DNA of 64,000 bases from Octopus vulgaris (Eukaryota), in NCBI GenBank assembly GCA_951406725.2, contig OX597815.1, positions 27,280,001 through 27,344,000 on the forward strand, read 5' to 3'. This document shows, piece after piece, positions 37,999 to 51,339 of this stretch. Every line of letters starts with the position of its first letter. The stretch's first letter is position 1. The notes under the pieces were generated by a model. The model worked only from the letters and a program-made list of their open reading frames with translations, was not told the origin of the DNA and did not search any database. The position numbers and the translations under genes are program-made.

Positions 37999-38613
37999 GA
38001 CGGCGAACTGGCAGAAACGTTAGCACGCCGGGCGAATTAGCAGTATTTCGTCTGCCGTTACGTTCTGAGTTCAAATTCCGCCGAGGTCGACTTTGCCTTT
38101 CATCCTTTCGGGGTCGATTAAATAAGTACCAGTTACGCACTGATGTCGATATAATCGACTTAATCCGTTTGTCTGCCCTTGTTTGTCCCTTCTGTGTTTA
38201 GCCCCTTGTGGGTAGTAAAGAAATAGAAATAGGTATTTCGTCTGCCGCTACGTTCTGAGTTCAAATTCCGCCGAGGTCGACTTTGCCTTGCATCCTTTCG
38301 GGGTCGATAAATTAAGTACTAGCTACGCACTGGGGTCGATGTAATCGACTTAACCCCTTTGTCTGTCCTTGTTTGTCCCCTCTATGTTTAGCCCCTTGTG
38401 GGCAATAAAGAAATAAGAAACGTTAGCACGCCGGGCGAAATGCTTAGAGTTATTTCATGTTTTTCGTTCTGAGTTCAAATTCCACTGAGGTTGATTTTGC
38501 CTTTCATCCTTTCGGGGTCGATAAATTAAGTACCAGTTGCGTACTGGGTTTATCTAATCGACTGGCCTTCTCTCACCAAAAATTTCGTGCCTTGTGCCTA
38601 GAATAGAAAAGAA
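37999..38613 (+). mobile_element. Second head-to-tail trimer of the Nin/Deu-like SINE
   Basis: Three units with three different 3' tails; degenerate flanking repeat aatattactt(t/c)g(c/t)t at 37981 and 38612. Confidence 0.85.
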
Positions 38614-38625
38614 TATTACTTCGTT

Positions 38626-39395
38626 GGATCTTTTCTGTTTGCTTGCCAGCAGCTCCAAAAATTAAAGTTGACTGAAAATTCTAAAATTTGGCACAATAAT
38701 GCACTTACCCAAACTGAATTGCTGGAGTTATTTTATTTTTTCCATAAAAATGTTTTTAAAAAATTATAGAGGTTTAAAGTTTGATATTTTCACCCAGTCA
38801 GGAAACAGGATTTGGAAGCTGTCATTTTGTGCGTGACTGCACATTTTGTCGTCAATATCCTGAAAATAGCGCGTGTTGTCAATATTTGTAAACGACACGT
38901 ATTATGTCACCGGTAATTTTCATTCATGTAAATAAATCTTATTTAGCTGTTATTTTTAGTACACCTCAATGAATTTTGATTTAAAAGATTTATCCCCAAA
39001 ATCTTATTTAGCTGTTATTTTTGGCACACCTCAATGGCAAAAAGAAACGAGTAAACAAATATTTGTCAACATGCTTCCTCGCAGATGAAAGACTTCTCAA
39101 AGCCTGCTGTCAACACGTAAAATAAAAGACTTTTCAAAGGCTGTTACTACAGCAACAGGCAAAAGTTCTTCCTGTTTCCGCATGTTACTATCGAAACAGA
39201 CATGAATGTGTATGTGACTTACGATTGGCTAAAATTACGAAAATTTTCAAACTTTAATTATTAATAACTCTTTATTTATTGATTACTTTTCCGTCATTAG
39301 TAAGCCTATAAAAGTGTATCTTTACACTGAATATGAAATCAATTCAAACAGAAAAGTTACGCTGGCAGCCGCTGGCAACCAAACAGAAAAGATCC
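38626..39395. mobile_element. Non-autonomous TIR element, Merlin-like, second family
   Basis: TIR ggatcttttctgtttg(c/g)ttgccagc; perfect 8-bp TSD acttcgtt at 38618-38625 and 39396-39403. Confidence 0.85.
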
Positions 39396-39511
39396 ACTTC
39401 GTTCAATAATATAATACCGTGAAGAAGTCAAACACTCTGGGCTTAATCCTTCTTCGGAGAGAGATGAAATGTTACCTAAATATTTATCCTCCATTAAATA
39501 GTTAACATTTC

Positions 39512-39929
39512 GGATCTTTTCGATTTGAACGGCAGTTTTTTCTAGCGGTGTCATATGAAATTGTCACCCATAATTATGACCCTAGTATCGATCTATTACA
39601 TTTCAATCTGTTTTAGAGTTAGGGTTAGTTTGGGTTAGGGGAAGGGTATCTTTTTTTCTTCAGAAATGTAAATAAACCCAATCTGTTTCTTAAACGAGGG
39701 AATATTCATACGACACAGAATGCTTTTTAACTCAATAGACGTCACTGATTGGTTGAAATTACAGAAATTGAAGAAAAAACAACAAATACCTTACAAACTA
39801 TAGAATTTTCTCAATAAAGCCAAGAGAAAAAGATGTTTTATAAACACATTCTACCAGTATACGAAGTTTAAAAGTGTTTAGTTACGTGGAAATTATTTTT
39901 AAAAACTGCCGGTCAAACCGAAGAGATCC
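39512..39929. mobile_element. Inverted copy of the 35173-35585 TIR element
   Basis: Same TIR and internal sequence in reverse; perfect 8-bp TSD aacatttc. Confidence 0.85.
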
Positions 39930-39996
39930 AACATTTCTTGTTAGATTTCTCTATGCTATAAAATGTATTACACTATTTCAATTATTTATTTATATA

Positions 39997-40395
39997 TGTA
40001 GCGACTTCATGCAGCAAGATGGCGCTTTGGTTTTTCACTCTTTTTCGCTAATCTTATCAACCAATTACTGGAGCATTTTAGGTATATAAAGCTGAACCCA
40101 ACAGAGCTTACACTTTTGTACTTTTGTATTCAATACTCGGCAGTCATGACCAAACTGCTTTATTTGCACTCTCATTTTAGCCAGGATATAGCAAAGGCAA
40201 TATGCAAATCAAAATCAGCTTTTCGTTCACTCACGTCGTCAGCTGTTTATAATAAAAAGGCATGTTAAGCTGAATGAGAGAGAAATTTGCCGTACATCCC
40301 AAAGTTACAACCATGTGTGTTATTTTCTTTTCTCAATATTTTCTATTTTCTCAGCATTTTCTATTTTCTCAGCATTTTTTCCTGTTTACACTACA
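39997..40395 (+). mobile_element. Possible solo LTR
   Basis: TGTAGCG...CACTACA termini, flanks tata/tatg, TATATAAA at 40083 and AATAAA at 40251. Confidence 0.45.
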
Positions 40396-40720
40396 TATGA
40401 ACTAAGGGGAAGTTTAATACACGAGCACACGCATACACACAAATATCACTATTTTTCTGCGACACATGAATCACGTGTTTTATTTTACAAACACAAACAT
40501 ACCTATGCCATTTATTATATATAATTCTCTTTTGTGTGTGTGTGTGTGTGTTTTTAGAAACTTGATAATATTCTCTTCGTGTATCTACTGTCCATTTTCA
40601 AACCTATACTTAAAAAAATATGGGTTATTTGATCACTTTGAATTCTTGTGCCACTTAGACCGGAAAAGGACCACCTTTCTGGCAGAGCGTAGGAAATAAA
40701 GGGAAAATTATAAATGTAAC

Positions 40721-40859
40721 CACTAGCGTAGCTAGAGTGTGTGCCGCTCGGGGCACCCCTTCCGTTTGCCGCCCCGGACCCCACAAAAAACATATATTTT
40801 TACAGCGGACCCAAAAGTGGCGGAACAACCATGTCGCCCTACCCCCAACTACGCTAGTG
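40721..40859. mobile_element. hAT-type MITE
   Basis: 11-bp TIR cactagcgtag; degenerate 8-bp TSD aatgtaac/catgtagc. Confidence 0.65.
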
Positions 40860-41164
40860 CATGTAGCTTTATTGTTATCCCTGCGCGTTATGTGTGTGTG
40901 TGCGCGCGCGATATACAATATTGACGAAAGAACAGAAAAATGTAATCCTCTATTGTCTGAAAATAGACGAGTTGGTCACAGTTGGAACGTTTATAACCAT
41001 AGACCCTCTCAATGAGGGTTGAGAAGGAGGTAAACAACAATAAGTCCATCAGTAGTAAATCCCGTCCCCATTCTTACATTACTCACTGAAACCCTCATAT
41101 TCGCAAATTCTTTTTATCACGAGTAGCTTCTGTTTTCTTATAAGCACAGACATTTAGATATCTA

Positions 41165-41580
41165 GCACAACAAACATCTGTGGATGCAGTGCTTGGACAC
41201 ATTATTAGTATTTTATCTTGAAGTTACTGGATGTTTTGGGTCTTACAACATACAACCTTCATCCAGGTAACCCAACCTTGGTTGATCAAGACTTAGGCCA
41301 GTGTTCAAGCGGCATTCTACTGGCCCTGTCGATAAGATCTTTTCATCCAGAGCCATCTAGACACTTTTTTCAACAGACTCTACGTTGTTCTTGATAGCTC
41401 TTCTGCGAGCTCCTGAAATTCCCAAAGTTCCATAGGTCTTGCTCAGAGTACGATCTACAAACGTTTGATTACCAGCTTCCGCCGGAAAAACTCCTTTATT
41501 GCGGCAATCCTCTACCGATATCTGACATATGTTTCTCTTCCTCCCTTGATCCTCTTCTGTAATTTCCTAGATGTTTTCTT
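41165..41580 (-). mobile_element. HERO-like non-LTR retrotransposon 3' relic
   Basis: EDCRNKGVFPAEAG...TLGISGARRRAIKNNVESVEK then, frameshifted, SRWLWMKR, resembling HERO C-termini. Confidence 0.6.
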
Positions 41581-42502
41581 TTTTAATCGGATCACACAAA
41601 TAGATTTTGTCATTAGCTTATGGCAATATAGCTCAGAAATATGCATGAAATCAAACTCAAGTCACATTTTCCAGTTATATGTGGGAATTGAAAAAATCCT
41701 GGACGCCTACGTTTTGCTTTCAAATATGATTTTCTGAAATATTTAGCACGCTCTATGCCTGTGCTTCTCATTAGCCATGTCTCTACAAATTGTGATCTTT
41801 GAATGTGGAAGCCTCTACGTGGTCACTTAACATGTTAGATTTAACAGCCAAATCTTTCTCATATAACGTCAGGCTGTCTTAATAAAGGAAGGTCAGGAAG
41901 CGAATAGTCATGTGATTTCAGAGAGCATTGTTATAGGTATCAGTTCAAGAAAAAGAAAAACTAAGACAAAGACGAGAATTCTTTATAAGCATCCATTTAT
42001 TTGTTCGCAAAAATTACTGGAAAAATTCGTCGTCGTGGAAAGCACAGCTGGTCGTGACACTGGCTTAAGTGTATAAAGAACTAGTCGTTACATTGAGAAT
42101 GTACATGTTGACGTGAATTTCAATAATTGTTTGTAGGTTAGCCCTATATAATAGGCTTCAGTTGTTGAATTGTTCGTTAATTAGGATGTGTTAAAGTGCA
42201 TAATTAGGCTGTAGCACGATAGCCATTAGCGACTTGTGGAGGAGAGTAAGAAGTTTCTTCTGTCTAGTTATATTCGACATAGTTCTGATGCTCTTCGCTA
42301 TTTTTTTACCAATGAGTTAGCTTTTACAGAACAGGAGAGGTTCAAATATACGTCTCGAAACTGCAATTCACCAAAGACCTTTCGAGATATTTACATCTGC
42401 GGAAGAATTTGTAATTTAAAATTGTTTGCCTCTATGATGATGTCTGTAAGTGTATTGTTTTTCGTGTGTGCGGTGCATGCTTGCGTACTATGACAGATAA
42501 TA

Positions 42503-43487
42503 CAGTGTGGTGCGAGAAAAAGTCGCTCGGGTTCCGAAGCATACTGTAAATACAGAAACAAATTTACAACTGCTGGAAAGGACTCAGAAGATTTTCAAAA
42601 TGATTCCCTGCGGCATTAATACATAGTTGTGCACGTCTAACCATATTTACGTACATCCGGCGCAAAATAATGACATCGATGACGGCGAATGCTTGCGTGA
42701 TATTATCCCTCAGCTCTTGAATTATGAGCGGATTTTTTTTTTGTTTGTACACCGTACTCTTCAAGTGTCCTCAGAGATAATAATGACACGTTGAAAGGTC
42801 AGGTGAACGTGACGGCCACAAATTTTTGCTAACAGTGCGTTCCCCAGAGAAGATCCCACGGACACCGGAGAAGAGTGGAAAGTCGCTCCATCCTCCTGGA
42901 AGAAATACAACTGTTTCTCATCTTCAGTGAATTGAGCACAAAATTAGTCCAAAATGTCTATGTAGACCTCCGTATTGACAGTACTGTCAAAAAATATCGG
43001 TCCAATGGTACGTATTCCTGAAACAGCACACCAAACACCGATTTCTTTATTGTGGAGTGGCTGCTCATGTACAAGGGGAGGATTTTCACCGCCAGGTACT
43101 GTATATTTTGTGAATTTACGTGGCCAGAGTGATGGAACCATGCCTCATCACTCATTGTGTACTAGAATGGGTTAGCTCACCATTAGCAATGCTATTCAGA
43201 AGCCATGTGCAGTAATTTACTCGTTTATACTTGTCCATTTTTAATTGCTGTACACATGTGAAATGATATGGCTTCAACTTTCTACTTATGTGAGACTGTG
43301 GCGCCAATTTACATATTGACTTCTTTAAACTTCAAGTAATCTTTTGGTGAACGTTCTGAATAACTTCTGGCGTTCGAACTGTAGAGTCTCTTTGTTTTGG
43401 GACGGTGTGCACTGACCCCGTGACGCACCATTTCTTAACTAACATTTGTATTGTTGTTTTTTGCCAGAAAGCAATACATCCCAGCAA
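42503..43487 (-). mobile_element. Degenerate Tc1/mariner (DD41D-like) transposon
   Basis: SDEAWFHHSGHVNSQN, IGVWCAVSGIRTIGPIFFDSTVN, LWPSRSPDL and HLKSTVY fragments; TA-CAGTGTG terminus. Confidence 0.8.
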
Positions 43488-43788
43488 TAAGGTAGATGAA
43501 TGTTGCAAGAATGGTCTGAGTGAATGGGCCTACTCTGAGCATGTGGCTGTAGGTTGAAGGCGGACGATGTGGATTGGGCACTTGCCCTAGTGGTCAGGAC
43601 GACCGTGGTTTTGTGGAGTCTCCCGAGCAACCCTAACAAGTCTCCATTTTTGCGAGAATTATTCATTGTTATAATTTTATTTTGTTACTGTTTTTTTACT
43701 TTTTGCACGCCTTTTATGTAATCCCACATCATATTATCCTGTAACGCCCCCAATGACTTTGTGAACCCTTAGTGGTTAATAAAGAAAA

Positions 43789-43790
<2 letters not shown>
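43488..43790 (+). mobile_element. L1/Tx1-like 3' end fragment
   Basis: Short ORF remnant, T-rich UTR, ends cccttagtggttaataaagaaaac at an (ATT)n tract. Confidence 0.45.
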
Positions 43791-43852
<62 letters not shown>

Positions 43853-44256
43853 AATAATATTATTATTATTTAAGACGTCGCACAGTATCCAGTATCATGA
43901 TGTTGACTGAAGATATCATGTCAACCGGGGGTTTGTACTGTCAAGTCACAAGGACAAACAGTATTTTACACAATATGCCGATTTTTGCAATACACCTAGG
44001 TTGTAGGGTATTTTTAGTTTTCAGATGTTTCTTCAGGTTGGGTGGTATTGAACCCAATGCTCCGATGACAAGAGAGACAACTTTTATGTTTGACTCTCAT
44101 AGCAGCCACACCTTGGCGATCCCAATTCTCGGGTCTCCATATTTATCAATCTTTTCTCTTTCTTTCGTGATAATATGTTGATCTCCTGGCCCTGTCACGT
44201 CGATTATTAGGCACTCTTATGTGCCCCTCTAAAGCTTACAATATCCGGCCTTCGGT

Positions 44257-44275
44257 GTACTTGCTTCGACAGTAA

Positions 44276-44309
<34 letters not shown>

Positions 44310-44348
44310 ACATGGCCTCACGCAAATTCGTGAAGCGTTCCATATCTT
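44257..44348 (+). pseudogene. U6: U6 snRNA retrocopy with internal deletion
   Basis: gtacttgcttcgacagtaaatatactaaaattggaacgatacagagaagattaacatggcc...cacgcaaattcgtgaagcgttccatat matches metazoan U6 including the ACAGAGA box. About 14 nt of the internal stem-loop are missing and the AGC triad reads AAC. Confidence 0.92.
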
Positions 44349-44354
44349 ATAAAT

Positions 44355-44569
44355 GGCGGCGAGCTGGCAGAATCGTTAGCACGCCGGGCGAAATGCTTAG
44401 CAGTATTTCGTCTGTCTTTACGTTCTGAGTACAAATTCCGCCGAGGTCGACTTGCCTTTCATCCTTTCAGGGTCGATAAATTAAGTACCAGTTGCGTACT
44501 GGTGTTAATCTAATCGACTGGCCCCCTTCCTCCAAAATTTCGGGCTTTGTGCCTAGAGTAGAAAAGAAT
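44355..44569 (+). mobile_element. Full-length Nin/Deu-like SINE fused downstream of U6
   Basis: Starts ggcggcgagctggcagaatcg and ends gtgcctagagtagaaaagaat; enclosed with U6 by a 17-bp TSD. Confidence 0.88.
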
Positions 44570-47500
44570 ATCCGGCCTTCGGTATCCTAACACCTTGTCT
44601 GTCTGGAAGTTAAAGTCCCAGAGGATTTTGCCTTCCCCTTTTCGCCCACTACCTTTTCTGGTGTATGTTGGTATCAAGCACCCGTTACCTCGCATCTATA
44701 CTTCCGGCATAGTAGCCAATGAAGGTTCTGTGCCACCTTGTCGTGTCTGCGCTTGTACTCTTTCTGCACAAGACTTTCACAAGCACTAACAATGTAAGTC
44801 ACGCTTTCGACCCTCTTCCCACACATTATGCGGAGGTTCGTTGCATTTGTGTGGTATATGTCCCTTTTCACTCGGTGTTCACTGCCTGATCCTGGGCAGC
44901 GATGGTAAGGCTTTCAATCTTTTTTTAGCGTCACCCTTGCTGAGCTACCTCCATGTTGCTACCTGGTTAGTTTCACGGTGGAACTGACCATGTAATTCTA
45001 TGCGGAGTAGAGTTTCTTCTCTCTCGTTGGTTATTCGTGATCGGAATTCATTAGCATTCTCAAGTCCATATTTGATAAATCCTTCCGCATTAGCAGCATA
45101 CTGTAGCAGGTCTCGTTTGCCATTTACCAAATATTCTGCCATGTTTCTTCTTTCACTGCTGATGCACTCCACTAACCAGCCCACGTCCACCTTTACACCT
45201 TTTCATGTAGAGCCTGTGTACGTTCGCCTTAGGGTGGAGGACACCATACAATATCATTGTTAGTTGGGTAGTGCGAACGAGTTGGTCAATCTCCTCTCCT
45301 GTTGAGTTCTGACTTCAAGAAGAAGTTGACTCAAGGAACCTTGTGACTGCCATCAACATATGGGCTGTTGCTGTAGTCCGCTAGAGTGAATTCATCCTGA
45401 AATGGACGCGAGCGGAGATTAACCAACTCGATCGCACTACCCCGAAATGCATCGTGCCCTCCACCCTACTATCAACTTACATCCCTCCTCTAGGGTTGCT
45501 GATCGTGTGCCTGAATCAGAAAATCTATGCAAGCCACGTACTGGTTATTGCATCACACTGATTTAGCGGAATCGTTAGAGGCGGAGTCGTTAGAGCATCG
45601 AAAAAAATGATTTATATTTACCTTTCATTCTTTCAGGGTCGATAAAATATAATACTAATCAAGTACTGTAATCGATAGTATCGATTAACCAACTTCCTTC
45701 CTCTAATATTAGTCGCCTTGTGTCTAAAGCGGAAATGTTTGTGGCATCATTCTGCGAATAAGGTCGGAAGAAATCTATCCTTGCTGGTATGTAGGAAATA
45801 AAAAAAGACAAATAATCTCTTGCTGTTATCCCAACGGACATTCTTAAAATTTCCTACACCTGGACTTAACTGGAAAAGAAAAGCTCAAAAGAAAGACGCC
45901 TAGAAAACCTCTTATATATATAGACTTGAAACTAACTATGCATCATACAACACTGACTGTATCGAAGTCAATAGAAACACAGAAAATGTAAGTGTGATAT
46001 TTCGATTCCTGGATTTTCAAACCTTCTCATGATTAATTATATCTTCACAGCTATTTTATGGCAAGAATGCATGTATTTTCTAATACAGAATTAATCAATT
46101 CAGCAGCTAAATTACATATGAATATAAAGCTAACAAAACACTCTGATTATAAATTCATATTCTTAAATCTATTATCTCTGGTGCAAAACGAGTTTGTTAG
46201 TAGTTTTCCCAACGTGGTTTATCAGCATGGTAGCTATTGATAATTACAGTTCAATCCCAACAACAAGCCGTAGTTATCTTCAGAATAATAAGTTCAATCG
46301 ATTTTTAATAGGATTTATGAATTAATTTATTCCGATACCATCAATTTATTGTTAATATGAGTCACCAATCGCCATATTGCTTTCACCACGATTAATCTAT
46401 CAGTTATATGAGAACGTTTAATAGTCAACCAAGATAAAATCTAACCAACTTAAATTGCTTCTTATTCAAGTAGATTCGATAACAATGAGTGCCAACGTAA
46501 ATTTTTTATTTAAATGTAGGTTTTAGACAGTATCTTCGATTCACGCTTGTATTACAAAAAAGCGTTTGCAAAAATAAACGAAGTCATACGAAAGATGCAA
46601 ATTGCCGAAGCTAGCGATTGGGAAAATAACAAATAAGCAGCGTTTGCATTAACTGGCTCTATTAAAGGACATGATAATGATTCAGGGGAGTTATCTGCGA
46701 TTCACATGGAATTAAACGACAGTTTACTGTGACTATATATGGGCAAATTTTGAAAAATAGTGTTAGCAAATACCAACCAAAAATGTTAGCTTTTATTTGT
46801 AAAGTCTGACATAATAATATGCACCACATTCACATAAATATAAATAGCAAGGAGATGGAAGAGGAGTAGTAGACTGAAGGAAGAAGTATGTTATAGATAA
46901 ACGTATGTACATATTCCATTATTGTACAATCGATAGGAAAATCTGAGCTTAACACTAAAAGGAGCCTTCTTCATTTATACGTTATGCAATATCTGCTGCT
47001 TATATTATCTGTATTGCTATGAGATATAGCTTCCTCATGACATAGCTAGGTGAATTGGCCCATTGAGATGTGTTTGAGGTTATTGTGTTTAGTCCCTGGC
47101 CTTTATTGGTGAAACAAACCTATAATCAATAATATTTTAGCATCCCGTTCTATTTTTCAGAGATAGAACATCTACAAACTGTATTATCCAATGGGCCCTT
47201 GTCTTTTTAAGACTGTTAGATGTGATACGAAAGATTTGGCATGCTAACGGAAAATTAGCTAACTCGAATTTTTTTTAGTAGTGCTGGCCACCTGATGATC
47301 ATCCATGCCTCATGCGGCCCGCTTCTTAGGAAAAAAGTTGCCCATGCCTGACTGAGATTCCTTTCTGCCTCGTCGAGGAGATATAGATGATACAGATGAC
47401 TTCTCTGACATCTTTCAGTTGCCTCTTATTACACGTCAAAGATCGCTCACATATTTAAGTTAATGGAACGGAATCGATAAAACTAAAGTACTGTAGGTTA

Positions 47501-47692
47501 ATTCAACCGTCTATATCGACCCCAACGACCGCGCTTCTTTTAAAACCGAAATTTGAACCTAGTTTGTTGTCAAAAATTACTTTTTATTTATTTGACTATT
47601 CGTCGAGTCTGCCGTCAGTTTAAGAACATTCATGAACCAGTCTGTTGGTACAATTTGCTTGGACCCCAAACATACATACATACATACATACA

Positions 47693-47790
<98 letters not shown>

Positions 47791-47988
47791 GTTCGACATG
47801 AGAGCTATTACATTTTACTTTCTTCATTCGCCGTATTGGCAAACTCGTTTCAGGTTGCAGTAATTTCATCTCATTCAAAACATTTCACACAGTAAATTAT
47901 AAAGTCAGTTATTTATGCTATTTGAAACTAAAAGAAAAGAAGGGAATAATTGAGAAGGAGAGAGGGAGAAGACACACACGCGCGCGCG

Positions 47989-48063
<75 letters not shown>

Positions 48064-48695
48064 CAGTCCGTGTATGTATATGTTTTGTCTGTGAACAAGA
48101 TGAAATATCCATTTGCTGATGTATAACGAAACCAGTCATCTGATAAGGAAAGATAATTTGATGGTGTCAGTGTGTCTGGAAAATTATTCAACATAATGAT
48201 ACATATAAATAGAAGTATATAGAAATCTCAATATTATGTAAATGAATATAGATTTTAATATAGGGATATTTATAGAAATGGCAGATATTGCAGTCCTTTA
48301 GTATTGGTTACTGTTCTGTAGTATCCTGCTTGTGTCAGTTCGCTTTAGAATTATAAGATTAGTGCATTAGATATCAATTCAGCAAACATGATAACAACTT
48401 AGATGAAACTGATTGTTTCGCCGAAATTGAATGTGCGGTGTGTGTGTGTGTGTGTGTGTGTGTGTCTGTGTGTGTGAATCAAATTCCGACACTGTTCGAT
48501 TTTCACATTTCATTTTTGTAGTTTGACATTTTTACAAGTACTTTCGCGTTTTATATCAATCCTCAGGTGAAATTATACATGGTGGCATTAACAAGCTCGA
48601 TGGCGCTGCTGTATTGTAAAAACCACTTCGAATGGTTAACTGCTAAGCTGACAGCAACTAGACAATAAAGAATATCAAAATACATACACACACAC

Positions 48696-48786
<91 letters not shown>

Positions 48787-49058
48787 AACACATACTCACA
48801 CATGCATATAACCAGTCGGCATACTTGATCGCTAAATCCACGTTTTTTATTCTCTCTCTGTTTATTTTCTCTTATTCTTTTCTGTTGAAGAGCATAGACT
48901 CGAAACGTAAAAGACTTTCTCACCTTCCCGATCGTCAAACTAATACACCTGCTAGTTGTTCATACACTTGTCTTTGTCTTTTGTTTTTCTATAAATTTCA
49001 ACTATATATATATATATATAAATATATATATATATGTATGTATGTATGTATCTATATG

Positions 49059-49132
<74 letters not shown>

Positions 49133-49135
<3 letters not shown>

Positions 49136-50834
49136 AGTGTCCCAGAAATGACGCACCATTCTGGTTTTCATTAAAAATAATTGAGGCAATTTATTTTAAT
49201 TTTATTTTTTCTAATTTATTTTATTTTATTCAATTTTTTTTCCAATTTATTTTATTATATTCAATTTATTTTCTATCTTTTCTATCTTTCAGATTTAATT
49301 ATGGCTAGTAAACTAAGAGTAAAAGAAAGAGTTCAAATTGTTTTCATGTTTGGAAGAGATGGGGGCAATACACCGCTCAGTAGCTAAAGAATTCAACCGC
49401 AAACACCCTGAGCGAGAGCCATTGAGCCATACTACCGTCTGCCGTTTAATCAGACGTTTCCAAGAAGATGGCTCAGTTGCTGACCATAAGAGATATGGGT
49501 GACCAAAGAATGTAACTGGTGAAGAAACATCCACAATTATTTTGGCGAAAGTTGTTAGTAGTCCTGTGAAGAGAAGCCAGGAGTCAGAAGAGAAGACAGG
49601 AGGTAAACATTAGCAAATCATCAGTGCATCGTATTCTCAAGACTCACAAATTTCATCCGTACAAAGTGCATCCTGTGCAAGCTCTTCGTGGTGATAACAA
49701 AGATCCACGATTGGAATTCTGTGAATGGATTCACGCACATAAAGATTCTTTAATATTCTTCAGTGATGAAGCCATTTTCCATTTGATTGGCCAAGGAAAC
49801 CGGCACAATATGCGCTATTGGTCAGGTAACAATCCACATTGGAATGAGGAAGGGACACCATCAGAAAGAACAACCCGAGGATCATGGTCTGGGCTGGAAT
49901 CTGGGAGGAGGAAATCATTGGTGCTTACTTTTTTAATGATAACTAGCAGTATCGTCCGGCGTTGCTCGGGTTTGTAAGGGAAATAACTATAGAAGCATTT
50001 TTAGAGATGTAAAGTATAATAGCCATCTTAATATGGCTAACCACAAAGGCGGGGGGTGTTACTGAAGCTTTTTACGTTCTGAGATTTAATAATAAATTTT
50101 TAGAGAGTTACTTCCCTAATATATGCCAAAAATGCATTAAAAAATGGAAAAAATTGATGGTAATTTTTTTTTAAATCGTAGACTCATCGTAGACGCGCGC
50201 TAATATCGAGAAGGGCTCGATATGAATCACGACTATAAGATACCCGGTTTTGGTTAAACTGCACCGCAAAATGTGGGAGTAGTTAGGAATCTAAATCGTA
50301 GGAGACAGACAGCACACAACTTCACTTTTATATATAAAGATGTCACCGGTGAAACCTATTCAGAGCCCCTGCAGACCTTCTTGTTTGACTATCTTGAGGA
50401 TGTTCCCACAATTCGATGAAAAAACTTCTTTTTTCAGTAGGATGGGGCTCCAGCATACCTAGCTAATTTCGTGCGTAACTACTTAAACCAGACCTTTCCT
50501 AACTGATGGATTAGACGGAGAGGTTCCGTGGAGTGGCCACCCTGATCCCTGGATCTTACTGCCCTTGACTATTTCCTTTGGGGACATCTCAAATCTGTTG
50601 TGTACCAGAATCGTCCACGCACTCTTGATGATTTGAAGGATGCAATAACAACTGAGTGCCGAAAGGTCACCCTTTCCACCCTCGGGAGTGTGAAAGATAG
50701 TTTCATAAAGAGAACTGATGCACATTTTATTGCAGAGGGTGCTGAATTTGAGCATTTGTTATGATTAATTTCAATAAAGGTGTATTTAAAAAAAAAAAAA
50801 AAACAGGATGGTGAGCGACTTTTGGGACACCCTA
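49133..50834 (+). mobile_element. Full-length DD41D Tc1/mariner relic in a (TA)n tract, interrupted by a Helitron
   Basis: Imperfect ~35-bp TIRs (gagtgtcccagaaatgacgcaccatt / gatggtgagcgacttttgggacaccc); FSDEAIF motif; 41 residues counted between the D of DGAPA and the D of DLTALD; several stops. Confidence 0.88.
49943..50340 (-). mobile_element. Non-autonomous Helitron nested in the DD41D element
   Basis: TC/CTAG ends; removing it restores the transposase reading FFNDNVTGETY. Confidence 0.9.
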
Positions 50835-50870
50835 TATATATGTCTGTGTGCATGTGTGTGTGTGTGTGCG

Positions 50871-50973
<103 letters not shown>

Positions 50974-51113
50974 CGAAAAAAATATGCAAGTATGCAAGTA
51001 TGCTCGCATTCATGTAGACACTACATCATCTCAATTACTATCACACGCGTACACAAACCGTACAAGAAAATGACAACAAACATGCTCACACATGTACGCA
51101 TGTACATGTATGA

Positions 51114-51114
51114 C

Positions 51115-51189
<75 letters not shown>

Positions 51190-51270
51190 GATGGATGGAT
51201 GGATGGATTTTAGGTAGGTAGGTAGGTAGGTGGGTAGGTAGGTAGGTAGGTAGGTAGGTAGGTAGGTAGG

Positions 51271-51339
<69 letters not shown>

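Larger units (their letters stand above)
43872..45470 (-). mobile_element. R4/Dong-like non-LTR retrotransposon relic with 5' inversion and internal U6-SINE insertion
   Basis: LHPKANVHRLYMKRCKGGRG, LHGQF, CCHC-like MCGKRVESVTYIVSAC...YKRRHDKVA, KILWDF...RRPDI, CLIIDV...EKIDKY, LVIGALG; ends in an (AAT)n tract. Confidence 0.85.

Noticed and set aside
41929-42279. Possible minus-strand solo LTR (TGT...ACA)
   Set aside because: No matching TSD and weak terminal symmetry.
46520-46636. Possible terminal exon (tag|VLDSIFDSRLYYKKAFAKINEVIRKMQIAEASDWENNK*)
   Set aside because: Short, with no recognisable motif and no partner exons; compatible with chance.
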